Source: an uncultured Syntrophaceae bacterium (GTDB taxonomy: Bacteria; Desulfobacterota; Syntrophia; Syntrophales; UBA5619). From it: a stretch of 64,000 nucleotides of DNA. The stretch lies in contig CAZWTL010000004.1 in NCBI GenBank assembly GCA_964637025.1, forward strand, positions 34,508 through 98,507. Reading direction: 5' to 3'. The position numbers and the translations under genes are program-made. The notes below the pieces were generated by a model, which saw only the letters and a list, made by a program, of their open reading frames with translations, had not been told where the DNA came from and searched no databases. Positions within the stretch are counted from its first letter, which is position 1, and each line of letters opens with the position of its first letter. Shown one piece after another: positions 27,745-36,910 of this stretch.

Positions 27745-28656
27745 TCAGTCCATGCGGATCTCGTTCGGGGAGAGGCAGTCCTCAATGTAGTAGGTGGGAT
27801 TCTCGGAAAGGCGGATGATCCTGCCGGATTCTCCCCGGCCCGGACGACCCATGATCACCCTGACCTCAGGCCTCAGTGGATTCTCCCGGTTGACGGCGAC
27901 CACCTCGCAGATCCATTGGTTGTTGAGGCGAACGTAGCTGCCTTCCGGATAGGGGGTGATCTCTTTCAGAAAGGCCTTGACCAGATCCTCGGGAAAAGCC
28001 GCCTCCCTGAAATCCGCGATCAACTCCCGGGCCGTGAAGGTCTGTTTGAGCTCCCGCCGGTGCGGTCGCTGGTGCGTCATGGCCTCGTGGGCGTCCGCAA
28101 AGCAGATCAGGATGGCATGGCGGTGGATGTCCTTTATCTTGAGACCGCGCGGATAGCCCGTTCCGTTTCCCCTTTCATGGTGCTGGTAGACCACTTCGTC
28201 AAGCGATGGATGCTCTGGCCTGAAGGGGGCCAGGAGGTCCCTGCCCATTATCGAGTGGCCCCTGACCGCCTCACGCTCCGATTCCGTGAGTTTGTCCTTC
28301 TTGCCCAGGACCGCATCGGGAAGTCCCCATATCCCCAGGTCGTGAATGAGCGAAGCCACGCCAAGATCGAAAAGCTGCGATGCCCCGAATTTGAGAGCAA
28401 GGCCGAGTTTCATCGCAAAAACCGAGACATTCGCCTGATGGGCGACCATATAGTCCGTTTCAGCGGAATCCTTCAGGGTGAGGGGAAAGATGTTTTGGAT
28501 CCGCATCGGCTCGTCGACCAGCGTGCGGATCAGGCGACAGGCCTTATCGATATCGACGGATCGCTTCGCAACGACATCCGCCTTGACCTCTCTGAGATAA
28601 GCCAGCAGTCCGGCGTAGAGATCGCCGGCTTGCTCCGCGGGATTGTCGTTCATCAT
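27745..28656 (-). CDS. HD-GYP domain protein
   Basis: LIHDLG, HHERGNGTGYPRGL, RPHRR, C-terminal PYPEGSYVRL extension. Confidence 0.88.
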   Translation of the reverse strand: MMNDNPAEQAGDLYAGLLAYLREVKADVVAKRSVDIDKACRLIRTLVDEPMRIQNIFPLTLKDSAETDYMVAHQANVSVFAMKLGLALKFGASQLFDLGVASLIHDLGIWGLPDAVLGKKDKLTESEREAVRGHSIMGRDLLAPFRPEHPSLDEVVYQHHERGNGTGYPRGLKIKDIHRHAILICFADAHEAMTHQRPHRRELKQTFTARELIADFREAAFPEDLVKAFLKEITPYPEGSYVRLNNQWICEVVAVNRENPLRPEVRVIMGRPGRGESGRIIRLSENPTYYIEDCLSPNEIRMD

Positions 28657-28775
28657 GATGGTTTCACCGTTCCCCCTTTGGAGCCGTCCATGAAACCGGG
28701 GTCGTACCGTGAAGGTTCATACCATCAAGTCAGCCCGCTGTCGAGGACGATGTGCACCCCCCGCGGCAACCGGGG

Positions 28776-28820
28776 AAACGAACAACAGATCACCCGCGGC
28801 TTCGGGAACCGCGGGTGATC
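28776..28820 (-). terminator. Intrinsic terminator after the CDGSH gene
   Basis: Perfect 12-bp stem GATCACCCGCGG/CCGCGGGTGATC followed by UGUUGUUCGUUU on the minus transcript. Confidence 0.7.
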
Positions 28821-28839
28821 CACGCTCCCAGAACGGACG

Positions 28840-29079
28840 TTACAGCTTGTTATGGGCGCCGTCGCAGTAGGGGGGCTTCTTGCTGTACTTGCATCCGCAC
28901 CAGGCAATCTTTTTCGGGTAGGTGACCTCCACTTCCATGGGGGTCATCCCGGTGTTGAGCCTCTCATGCGAGCCGTCACAGAAGGGCTGCTGCTCGGAAT
29001 GGCCGCAGCTGCACCACATGTACTTGCCGGGCTGCATGTCCATCATGTACGGACCTTTTTTGGCGATCTTCGGTTCCAT
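28840..29079 (-). CDS. CDGSH iron-sulfur domain protein (two motifs)
   Basis: WCSCGHS..QPFCDGSH and WCGCKYS..PPYCDGAH. Confidence 0.95.
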   Translation of the reverse strand: MEPKIAKKGPYMMDMQPGKYMWCSCGHSEQQPFCDGSHERLNTGMTPMEVEVTYPKKIAWCGCKYSKKPPYCDGAHNKL

Positions 29080-29112
29080 CCTTTTCTCCTTTCCGGATTG
29101 AATTTGCGAATC

Positions 29113-29553
29113 TCATGACCTCAGCTGGTCTGCAACGACCTCGCTCAAGGTCTTTTGCGCTTCGATGAGCTTCCTGTACTTGGCGGTGATCTTGGCCAGA
29201 TTCCCCGACTGAACCGCTTTCAATAAATCCCCTTCGATTTCGGCCACGTCGAGCCGCCTGTAGTAGTCCATGGTTTCCTTCAGATGGGCAAGGACGATTT
29301 TCCCCGTCAGGATGGGGTGGTTGTTCGTGACATTGGCGTCCTTGAAACGCGTCCCATGCTCGAGCTCCACCTCCAGGCCGATGCGGAAATCTTCAAGAGG
29401 GATCGGCATGTGCCCGGTGTTGACTGCGGCAAGAATCTTGGCGGCCTCCTGTTCGGAAACCGCCGCCTCGCTCCTCCTGGACCAATCGTCCAACCCCATT
29501 TCTTCGCAAACCCTCGCGACCTCTTCGGCCGTCACGTACTCCTTCGATGTCAT
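29113..29553 (-). CDS. DUF5661-family protein
   Basis: FRIGLEVELEHG...TGKIVLAHLKE..DYY; start at MTSKEY. Confidence 0.75.
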   Translation of the reverse strand: MTSKEYVTAEEVARVCEEMGLDDWSRRSEAAVSEQEAAKILAAVNTGHMPIPLEDFRIGLEVELEHGTRFKDANVTNNHPILTGKIVLAHLKETMDYYRRLDVAEIEGDLLKAVQSGNLAKITAKYRKLIEAQKTLSEVVADQLRS

Positions 29554-29599
29554 CTCCGTCTCCTTTCTAAAAATGATGCCGTCCGAATCGGACCCTGTT

Positions 29600-30607
29600 T
29601 CAGTAATGTCCCGTCCGCGCCTTTCCCTTGAAGATCCGGTAAACGAAAAGGGTGTACCCGACCACAACGGGCATGCCGGCCAGGGCGATGACGCTCATGA
29701 TCTGCAGGGTGTAAAGGCCCGTCGAGCTGTTGAAGATCGTCAGGTTGAGCCCCGGATCGTTGGAGGCGCGGATGAGATTCGGGAACTGGGCCGCGGCAGC
29801 GGCAACCCATAGGCCGACAAATGCAAGCGACGACCCCCAGAAGGGGACTCTGTCGTTTCGCCTCTTGAGGGCGATCCACAATCCCCAAAGCGCCGACAGC
29901 GTGACGAGCACGCCTGCATAGAACAGCCCGCACCGGATCAGGTCGGGGAATATGGCGGCCAGGACTGCGAAATAGGCCAGGCCCGTGATCCCGTTGACCG
30001 CCGTTAATGTGCGGGCGGTTTTGAAACAACGCCTCTGCAGCTCCCCTTCGGTTTTCATGACCGCCCATGCGGCCCCCTGCAGCAGGACGGCGGCCAATCC
30101 GGCGATGCCGAAGAGCAGCGGCACGGGCCTCAGAAGCGTAAGGCAGCCCCCCGCATATTCCATTCGGGCATCCAGCGGCACCCCGTAGATCACATTGCCC
30201 AGTGCGACCCCGAACAGAAGCGCTGCCAATGCGCTGCCTCCCGTGAGGGCTGTCTCCCACCACCCTGCGCGCGCTTCGTCGTTGGCCCTGAATTCCATGG
30301 AAACGGCCCGAAAGATCAAGGCGCACAGCACCAGCATCATCGCGAGATAGAAGCCGGAAAAAGCCGTGGCATAGGCCTGAGGAAAGGCCGCGAACAGCGC
30401 GCCGCCCCCGGTGATGAGCCAGACCTCGTTGCCGTCCCAGACGGGGCCGATGGAGGCGATCAGGATATCCTTTTCCGTTTTGCTTTTGGCCAGAACGGGA
30501 AGCAGCGCCCCGACGCCCAGATCGAATCCGTCCAGCAGGGCGTAGCCTGTCAGCAGCACGAAGAGCAGCACAAACCATAGAATCTGAAAATTCTGGATGT
30601 TGTCCAT
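29600..30607 (-). CDS. cydB: Cytochrome bd ubiquinol oxidase subunit II
   Basis: LDGFDLGVG, GPVWDGNEVWL; start at MDNIQNF. Confidence 0.95.
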   Translation of the reverse strand: MDNIQNFQILWFVLLFVLLTGYALLDGFDLGVGALLPVLAKSKTEKDILIASIGPVWDGNEVWLITGGGALFAAFPQAYATAFSGFYLAMMLVLCALIFRAVSMEFRANDEARAGWWETALTGGSALAALLFGVALGNVIYGVPLDARMEYAGGCLTLLRPVPLLFGIAGLAAVLLQGAAWAVMKTEGELQRRCFKTARTLTAVNGITGLAYFAVLAAIFPDLIRCGLFYAGVLVTLSALWGLWIALKRRNDRVPFWGSSLAFVGLWVAAAAAQFPNLIRASNDPGLNLTIFNSSTGLYTLQIMSVIALAGMPVVVGYTLFVYRIFKGKARTGHY

Positions 30608-30636
30608 ACCATGCCCCCTCTCCCGTCCCCGATCCG

Positions 30637-31950
30637 CTAGGGCAGCGCGACCGGCCCCTGCCGGACGACCTTCAGGAAAATTATCAGAAATACGACGAAC
30701 AGCAGCGTGTAAACCACGGAAAACATCGCCAGGCTGATTACGATATCGCCGGCGGGAACGACCACGGAAGCCGCATCGGCCGTTTTCATGAGCCCCTGGA
30801 TGATCCATGGCTGCCGTCCCACTTCAGCCGCCATCCAGCCCGTTTCATGGGCCAGATGGGGCAGCGGGATGAGAAAGGGCAGCAGCCCCAAAAACCATCT
30901 GGTCGAGTGCAATTTCCCCCTCCAGAGCAGCCAGGCGCCCAGCAGTCCGACTGCGATCAAGAACATGCCGACCCCGACCATGATGTGGTACGCCTGAAAA
31001 ACGAGGTTCACAGGGGGCCAGTGGTCGCGCGGAAAATCCCTCAACCCCTTGATCTCCGATTCGAAATCGAAGTTGTACAGGAAGCTCAGCATTTTCGGCA
31101 GGTAAAGCCCGTAGGTCTTTTCGTTCTTTTCGTCCACCCAGCCGAGCGCGTACAACGGTGCGCCGCGAAGCGTCTCATACTGCCCCTCGATTGCCGCGAT
31201 TTTCACGGGCTGCCTTTCGATCACCTCGACGGCGTGCATGTGACCGAAGCCGAGCTGCAGAAGCGGCGTGACGGCAAAGAGGACCACACCGACGGTCAGC
31301 ATTCGTCGCGCCGCTTCGCCGTGGAGGCCCTTGCGGACGTAGTAGCCGGCGATGCCGGCGATCATGACGGCAGAGGTCATCCAGCTGGCCATGACCGTGT
31401 GTAGAAACCGCGGAACGGTCGACGGATTGAACACGGCGTCGTAAAAACTGTTCAGTACGATCCGGCCGGCGGAGGTGATTTCATAACCCGCCGGGGTCTG
31501 CATCCAGGAGTTGGCGACGATGATCCAGAAGGCGGACAGATGCCCGCCGAAAAATACGAGAAATGCGGATAGCCAATAGACCCGGGACGATACCCTCTTC
31601 CTGCCGAAGAGCAGGACCCCGAGGAACACGGACTCCAGAAAAAAGGCGAGCACCCCCTCGGCCGCCAGAAGCGGCCCGAAGACGTCCCCCACGGTCCGGG
31701 AATAAGCGGACCAGTTCGTTCCGAAAGAGAATTCCATGGTGAGGCCCGTGGCCGCGCCGACCACGAAGATCAGCCCGAGGAGCCTCGCGCAAAAATCCGT
31801 CAAGCGTCTGTAGACGGCGTCCTTCTTCACCACGTGGAGGGTTTCGGAGATCAGGATGACCAGGGACGTTCCCAGGGTCATGGCGGGAAAGAGAAAATGG
31901 AAGCCCACGGTCATCGCAAACTGGAGCCTCGCAAGCAGCACTGCGTCCAT
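30637..31950 (-). CDS. cydA: Cytochrome bd ubiquinol oxidase subunit I
   Basis: LARLQFAMTVGFHFLF, EGVLAFFLES, QPVKIAAIEG, EVGRQPW; GGGAGG RBS. Confidence 0.97.
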   Translation of the reverse strand: MDAVLLARLQFAMTVGFHFLFPAMTLGTSLVILISETLHVVKKDAVYRRLTDFCARLLGLIFVVGAATGLTMEFSFGTNWSAYSRTVGDVFGPLLAAEGVLAFFLESVFLGVLLFGRKRVSSRVYWLSAFLVFFGGHLSAFWIIVANSWMQTPAGYEITSAGRIVLNSFYDAVFNPSTVPRFLHTVMASWMTSAVMIAGIAGYYVRKGLHGEAARRMLTVGVVLFAVTPLLQLGFGHMHAVEVIERQPVKIAAIEGQYETLRGAPLYALGWVDEKNEKTYGLYLPKMLSFLYNFDFESEIKGLRDFPRDHWPPVNLVFQAYHIMVGVGMFLIAVGLLGAWLLWRGKLHSTRWFLGLLPFLIPLPHLAHETGWMAAEVGRQPWIIQGLMKTADAASVVVPAGDIVISLAMFSVVYTLLFVVFLIIFLKVVRQGPVALP

Positions 31951-32106
31951 AAGAACCTCCCGACAGAGACGCAAAACGATCGGCGGTCCGTCCACGCGGA
32001 TCCGGCCTGCCGGGTTCGCGCTGGGCGGAACCCGGCGTCATCGGTCGCCCCGCGTCGCCATCCGCCGCTCGTCGGCCCCGGCTCGGCCGGGGCGACGCGG
32101 GATCCT

Positions 32107-32274
32107 TCATCGAAAGTAACGGTTCAGCAGTCCCTGGAAGACCTTGCCGTGGCGAGCTTCATCCTTGCACATTTCATGCACCGTGTCATCGACGGCGTCA
32201 AGGTTGAGCTGCTTGGCCAAAACGGCAAGCTCCTTTTTACCCTTGCACGCCCCATTCTCCGCGTCAAGACGCAT
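32107..32274 (-). pseudogene. C-terminal half of a rubrerythrin/ferritin-like protein (N-terminus missing; not in ORF track)
   Basis: [55 protein letters not shown], resembling the C-terminus of reverse rubrerythrin (E..DEARH); in-frame TAA six codons upstream. Confidence 0.7.
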
Positions 32275-32380
32275 CTTGAGGATGCGCGGTTACCCTTCTC
32301 GGGCCCGGCGCAGGCCGGCACCCCTGGCGCCAAGGCGTCGGCTCGGGGGGATAGCGGAGCATTTCCTCAGCCGTTCCCGC

Positions 32381-32605
32381 TCACGGGGCGCACCGGCCGT
32401 CCGCCCCCTTGGCCGATTCGGATCCGGTCAGGGGCCTGAACATCGTTTTTCCGGCCCCGCAGCAGGGGCATTTCCAGTCATCCGGCAGATCTTCGAACCG
32501 GGTGCCCTGGGGGATCTTTCCTTTTCGGTCCCCTCGTCCCGGGTTGTAGATATAGCCGCAACTGGCCATCTGGCACTGCCACATCGTCGATTCTGCTTCC
32601 GGCAT
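32381..32605 (-). CDS. Rubredoxin
   Basis: [12 protein letters not shown]...[14 protein letters not shown]; GGAGG RBS. Confidence 0.93.
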   Translation of the reverse strand: MPEAESTMWQCQMASCGYIYNPGRGDRKGKIPQGTRFEDLPDDWKCPCCGAGKTMFRPLTGSESAKGADGRCAP

Positions 32606-32873
32606 CGCATCCTCCTGAATGAAAACCCGATTCGCGGGACCTGATGGGCAAGTCCCGTCCATCGTTTTATGCAATTTCCGCGGCGACCGTACCGGGGATC
32701 AAGGAAAGGCTCCTGACCATGAGGTCCACGGTTTCGGCGCCTCCTGTCTAGAGGCGCAACGGCTTCGTCTCCGCCGCGCGGCCGCTTCTGATTTTCCCTG
32801 CGGCTCCGGCGCGCCCGATGGAAGTGTTGCATGGTTTCCGAAACATCTCAAGCCCCTGTTGAACACTGTTTCT

Positions 32874-32902
32874 TTGACCCGCGACGCGGATGCGATTATA
32901 CT
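32874..32902 (+). promoter_or_regulatory. sigma70-type promoter for the BMP-Cache gene
   Basis: TTGACC-17 nt-TATACT. Confidence 0.65.
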
Positions 32903-32997
32903 GCGGACGCGAGATCCGGATGGACCGGTCCTTTTTGCGTGCGGCGGATCGGATCGATGCCGAAACAACGGCCGAATCGGGCGAAAGGAGACGAACC

Positions 32998-34791
32998 ATG
33001 AAAACATTGCGGACGCTTTTTCCCCTCTGTCTGGCCCTGCTGGCCTGCTGTGCCGCGAGTCCGGACGGCTGGGCCCAGGGCACCGCGCCCCTCAAAGTCG
33101 TTCTCATCTTCGACATCAACGGTCGGGGAGACGGGGGATTCAACGATTCGGCCTGCAGCGGTCTGGAAAAGGCGGCGGCCGCATTCGGCGTGAAGGCGGT
33201 TTACGTCGAACCCGGGAGAAGCCTGGAGCGCGACCGGGCGCTGCAAGAAGCCGCGGCGTCCGATGCCGGGATGATCATCGGGGTCGGCTTCGCCTTTTCC
33301 GACAGATTGAATGAACTGGCCCCCCAATATCCCCACAAGAAATTCGCCTGTGTCGACTACAGCGTCAGGCGAGACGGCCAGGGACGGATCGTGCCTTCCC
33401 CGGCCAATTTGGCCGGCCTGATGTTCAGGGAGGAGGAGGGTTCCTACCTGGTGGGCGCCATCGCGGCCCTGACGAGCCGGACCGGCAAAATCGGCTTCAT
33501 CGGCGGCATGTACAGCCCGATCATCCGCAAATTTCAGGCGGGCTATCTGGCCGGCGCAGCCGCCGCCCGGCCGGATATCCGGATCGTCTCGAAATTCGCC
33601 GGGATAACCGGCAGGGCGTTCAACGATCCCCAGAAGGGTTATCAGATCGCAACCCGCATGTACGGGGAGGGGGCGGACATCGTTTACCACGCAGCGGGCG
33701 CCACCGGCATGGGCCTTTTCCGGGCGGCCAAGGAGATGAAGCGGATGGCGATCGGCGTGGACACGGATCAGGGCGCCCAGGCCCCCGGACTGGTCCTGAC
33801 CAGCATGACCAAGCACATCGATGTGGCGGTGTTCGAAAGCGTGAAGGCGTTTGTCGAGGGGAATTTCACCGGAGGTCTGAAAACCCTGGGCTTGAAGGAG
33901 AACGGCGTCGGATTCGTCTACAATGACCAGAACCGGAATAGGATCGGTGAAGAAATCCATGGCAGGATCGAGGTGTTGAGGACGAAAATCATCGCAGGCG
34001 AATTGTCCGTCCCCGTGGAGAGCCCTCATAAGCCGCTCTTTTCCCGAACGGAGCTGCAGGAGATTCTGGCCGAACTCCGGCAGGAGATTGCAACGGCGCT
34101 GAACCGGCTGGACAGCGATCTTCAGCGGACCGCACACACGGTCTCCGGCACAGGGTTGGAGGGCGATTCCGTCAGGGGCGAGCTGAAGCGTCTTTACGGG
34201 GCGCATCCCTATCTCATCGACTGCGAGCTGGCGAACGATCGGGGCATCATGCTGGCCGTGGAACCTCCCGCGCACAGGGGATCGGAAGGCGCTGACCTCA
34301 GCGGCCAGGCGCATTGGGTCCGGCTGTTCAAAACCCGGAAGCCCGTGTTGAGCGATGGATTCCGCTCCGTGGAGGGCCCTTCCGCGGTCGCCCTGCATCA
34401 CCCTGTTTTCTCAGCGGATCGACGATTCTCGGGATCGGTGTCGGCCCTGTTCGCCCCGGAACAGCTGCTGTCGATCATTGTCGGACCGGTCTCCTCGAAC
34501 CTGCCCCTCGACATCTTTGTGATGCAGCCCGACGGATTGATGCTCTACGACATCGACGCCGATCAGATCGGACGCAATACCTTCCATGACCCGCTGTATC
34601 AGCCGTTCCCCGAGGTGATCGCCCTGGCCCGGAAGGTGGCCGCCGCCCGGGAGGGAACGGGCTCCTACCGATTCCGTCAGCCGGGCGCGGGATCGCCGTC
34701 AACGAAGATCGCCTACTGGGGGACCGTCGCATTGCACGGCACGTCATGGCGTGTCGTGATCGCCTGCGCGCAGGACGGCATCGAACCGTAG
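32998..34791 (+). CDS. Secreted BMP/PnrA-type substrate-binding domain fused to a C-terminal Cache-like domain
   Basis: Signal peptide; GRGDGGFNDSA, FREEEGSYLVG, AIGVDTDQ (BMP); then LSGQAHW..PVLSDGFRSVEG..FVMQPDGLMLYD..WRVVI (dCache-like); AAAGGAG RBS. Confidence 0.82.
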   Translation: MKTLRTLFPLCLALLACCAASPDGWAQGTAPLKVVLIFDINGRGDGGFNDSACSGLEKAAAAFGVKAVYVEPGRSLERDRALQEAAASDAGMIIGVGFAFSDRLNELAPQYPHKKFACVDYSVRRDGQGRIVPSPANLAGLMFREEEGSYLVGAIAALTSRTGKIGFIGGMYSPIIRKFQAGYLAGAAAARPDIRIVSKFAGITGRAFNDPQKGYQIATRMYGEGADIVYHAAGATGMGLFRAAKEMKRMAIGVDTDQGAQAPGLVLTSMTKHIDVAVFESVKAFVEGNFTGGLKTLGLKENGVGFVYNDQNRNRIGEEIHGRIEVLRTKIIAGELSVPVESPHKPLFSRTELQEILAELRQEIATALNRLDSDLQRTAHTVSGTGLEGDSVRGELKRLYGAHPYLIDCELANDRGIMLAVEPPAHRGSEGADLSGQAHWVRLFKTRKPVLSDGFRSVEGPSAVALHHPVFSADRRFSGSVSALFAPEQLLSIIVGPVSSNLPLDIFVMQPDGLMLYDIDADQIGRNTFHDPLYQPFPEVIALARKVAAAREGTGSYRFRQPGAGSPSTKIAYWGTVALHGTSWRVVIACAQDGIEP

Positions 34792-35023
34792 CCGCCCGTC
34801 CGGATCGCACCCTCCCCGTCTCGGGGATCGAAGGGGTTCGCATCGAGCGCGGGAAGGGCCGGCGTGGCGGCAGGGCGCCGAAGAAGGGATTTGGATGGGG
34901 ACGGCTCTGCCGTGAAGCCGGGCGGGAACGGCGCTTCGGGGGGTGGAGAAGGGCGCATCCATTCCCATAGCGGGAAGCGATCCGCGCGGCCGGCCGGGAT
35001 CCGGATCCCTCTGCAGGGCAGGC

Positions 35024-35515
35024 TTAAAGCAGCGCCCTCCCCTCGCCGCTCTCCAGAAAGGGAATGATGCCGCCGGCCATGATGATCCGTTTCATCAGGA
35101 CGGGCATCGGCTGAAAATCCATCACGGCTCCGGAGGAGACATTCCGGACCCTCCCCTGCTCCAGGTCCAGGGCCAATTCGTCCCCTTCGGCGATCGGGTC
35201 CGTATCCCCGGTGATGACGGGAAGACCCAGGTTGACCGCATTGCGGAAGAAGGTTCTGGCAAAAGACTTTGCCAGCACGGCCTGGATGCCCGCTCCGGCG
35301 ATCACGAGCGGGGCGATCTCCATGGCCGATCCACAGCCGAAATTTTCGCCGGCAACCAGAAAGTCGCCGGCCCGGACCGTTTCGCCGAAGCCCGGCCGGA
35401 TGTCCTCCATCAGAAAGCGGGCCAGCCGGTGCGGGTCCACGGTATCCCTTTTTCTCTTGGAGGCGATGATGTAGTCCGTGTTGACGTCGTCGCCGAATTT
35501 ATGCGCGATTCCCAT
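35024..35515 (-). CDS. LeuD/HacB/DmdB-type hydratase small subunit
   Basis: HKFGDDVNTDYII, GENFGCGSAME, SFARTFFRNAVNLG; only the C-terminal 163 aa of the 627-aa ORF-track entry. Confidence 0.92.
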   Translation of the reverse strand: MGIAHKFGDDVNTDYIIASKRKRDTVDPHRLARFLMEDIRPGFGETVRAGDFLVAGENFGCGSAMEIAPLVIAGAGIQAVLAKSFARTFFRNAVNLGLPVITGDTDPIAEGDELALDLEQGRVRNVSSGAVMDFQPMPVLMKRIIMAGGIIPFLESGEGRALL

Positions 35516-35541
35516 GAACGTCTCCGTCGAAGGCCCCTGTC

Positions 35542-36795
35542 TCACAGAAATGCTCTCGGATCCGCGATTGCGCCCGCCAGACACGATGCCGCCAGGGTGG
35601 CAGGCGAAGCGAGATAGATGCGGGCCTTGACATTTCCCATCCGGCCGAGAAAATTCCGGTTTGCGGTGGAGATGACATTCACGTCGTCCGCGGGCACCCC
35701 CCCCAAGGCCCCGACACAGGGACCGCAACCCGGCACATTGAGCATGCCGCCGCTTTCGATCAGGGTCTGGATATAGCCCCTTTTGCACGCCTCCAGCATG
35801 ACGGCCCTGCTGGCGGGCGCGATGACGAACACCACCCCGGGATGAATCTTCTTCCCCTTGAGAATCTGCGCCGCCGCAGCCAGATCCTCGATCCGCCCGT
35901 TGGTGCAGGTCCCCAGAAAAGCCATGGCGATCCTTTCCCCCTTCACCAGGGAAACGGGCTGAACGTTGTCCACCCGGTGGGGAACGGCCACCTGGGGTTC
36001 GAGCGTGGAGACGTCGACGAGGCGCTCCCCGGCGTAAGCCGCATCCCTGTCCGGCACAACGGGCCGAACATCCCCGATGCCGCGCTCCCTCAGCCAGTCC
36101 CGGCAGACCGCGTCCGCGGGCATGATGCCCGCCTTGGCCCCTGTCTCCATCATCAGATTGCAGACGGTCAGCCGGCCGTCCATGGACAATCCTTCCAGGG
36201 TTTCGCCGGAAAACTCGATGGCCAGGCCGTTGGCCCCCCTGGCGGTGATCTGTCCCACGATGTGGAGGCCGATGTCCTTGGCGCTGACCCCGCAGGGGAT
36301 CCCGCCCTTGAGCTCGATCCGGACGGACGGCGGGACCTTGAACCACAGGAGGCCGTAGTGAAGGGCCACGGCCATGTCCGTCGATCCCACGCCGGTGGCA
36401 AAGGCGTTCAACGCCCCGTAGGTTGTCGTATGGGAGTCCGATCCGATAACGAGCTGGCCCGGCTGGACATGTCCTTTCTCGGGCACCAGCTGGTGGCAGA
36501 CCCCCTCGCCTTCTCCGTAGAGGGTGCAGCCGAATCGACGGGCAAAGTCCTTCATCTCCCCGTGGATGCGGGATACTTCCCGGCTCGGGCTCGGACAGTA
36601 GTGATCCAGGATCAGAACCAGCTTCCGCGCCTCCTTGACCGTGAAGTCCGGGATTTTTCGAAGCGCCTCCAGGACCAGGGGGAAAGAGGCGTCGTTGGAC
36701 ATCATGAGATCGAGCGGCGCGAACAGAATGTCGCCGGCAGCCACCTCGCGTCGGACATGGGCGCTGAAGACCTTCTCGGCAACGGTTTGACCCAT
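35542..36795 (-). CDS. LeuC/HacA/DmdA-type aconitase-family hydratase large subunit
   Basis: DHY, GVCHQ, GSDSHTTTYG, LGTCTNGR, GCGPCVG, STANRNFLGRMG. Confidence 0.95.
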   Translation of the reverse strand: MGQTVAEKVFSAHVRREVAAGDILFAPLDLMMSNDASFPLVLEALRKIPDFTVKEARKLVLILDHYCPSPSREVSRIHGEMKDFARRFGCTLYGEGEGVCHQLVPEKGHVQPGQLVIGSDSHTTTYGALNAFATGVGSTDMAVALHYGLLWFKVPPSVRIELKGGIPCGVSAKDIGLHIVGQITARGANGLAIEFSGETLEGLSMDGRLTVCNLMMETGAKAGIMPADAVCRDWLRERGIGDVRPVVPDRDAAYAGERLVDVSTLEPQVAVPHRVDNVQPVSLVKGERIAMAFLGTCTNGRIEDLAAAAQILKGKKIHPGVVFVIAPASRAVMLEACKRGYIQTLIESGGMLNVPGCGPCVGALGGVPADDVNVISTANRNFLGRMGNVKARIYLASPATLAASCLAGAIADPRAFL

Positions 36796-36910
36796 GGTTC
36801 ATCGCTCTCCGCGGACAGAGGCGCCCGGCGTTCCTGATCCGAACCCGTCGGTTGACCCTTCCGCTCCCCTTCCCCGCCCATGCCCGGCATGACCGGGGAG
36901 GGGGCATCCC

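Noticed and set aside
32240-32260. Possible frameshift in the G-run of the rubrerythrin remnant
   Set aside because: The run has four G (GAG AAT GGG GCG), so the frame is continuous; the defect is the missing 5' half.
35024-36907. Apparent 627-aa fusion ending in a LeuD domain; similar long N-terminal extensions on the SDRs, AEC, cydB, YihY and rSAM 50680-52278
   Set aside because: The extensions are alternative-frame read-through overlapping real upstream genes or intergenic DNA; family N-termini and RBS indicate later starts.
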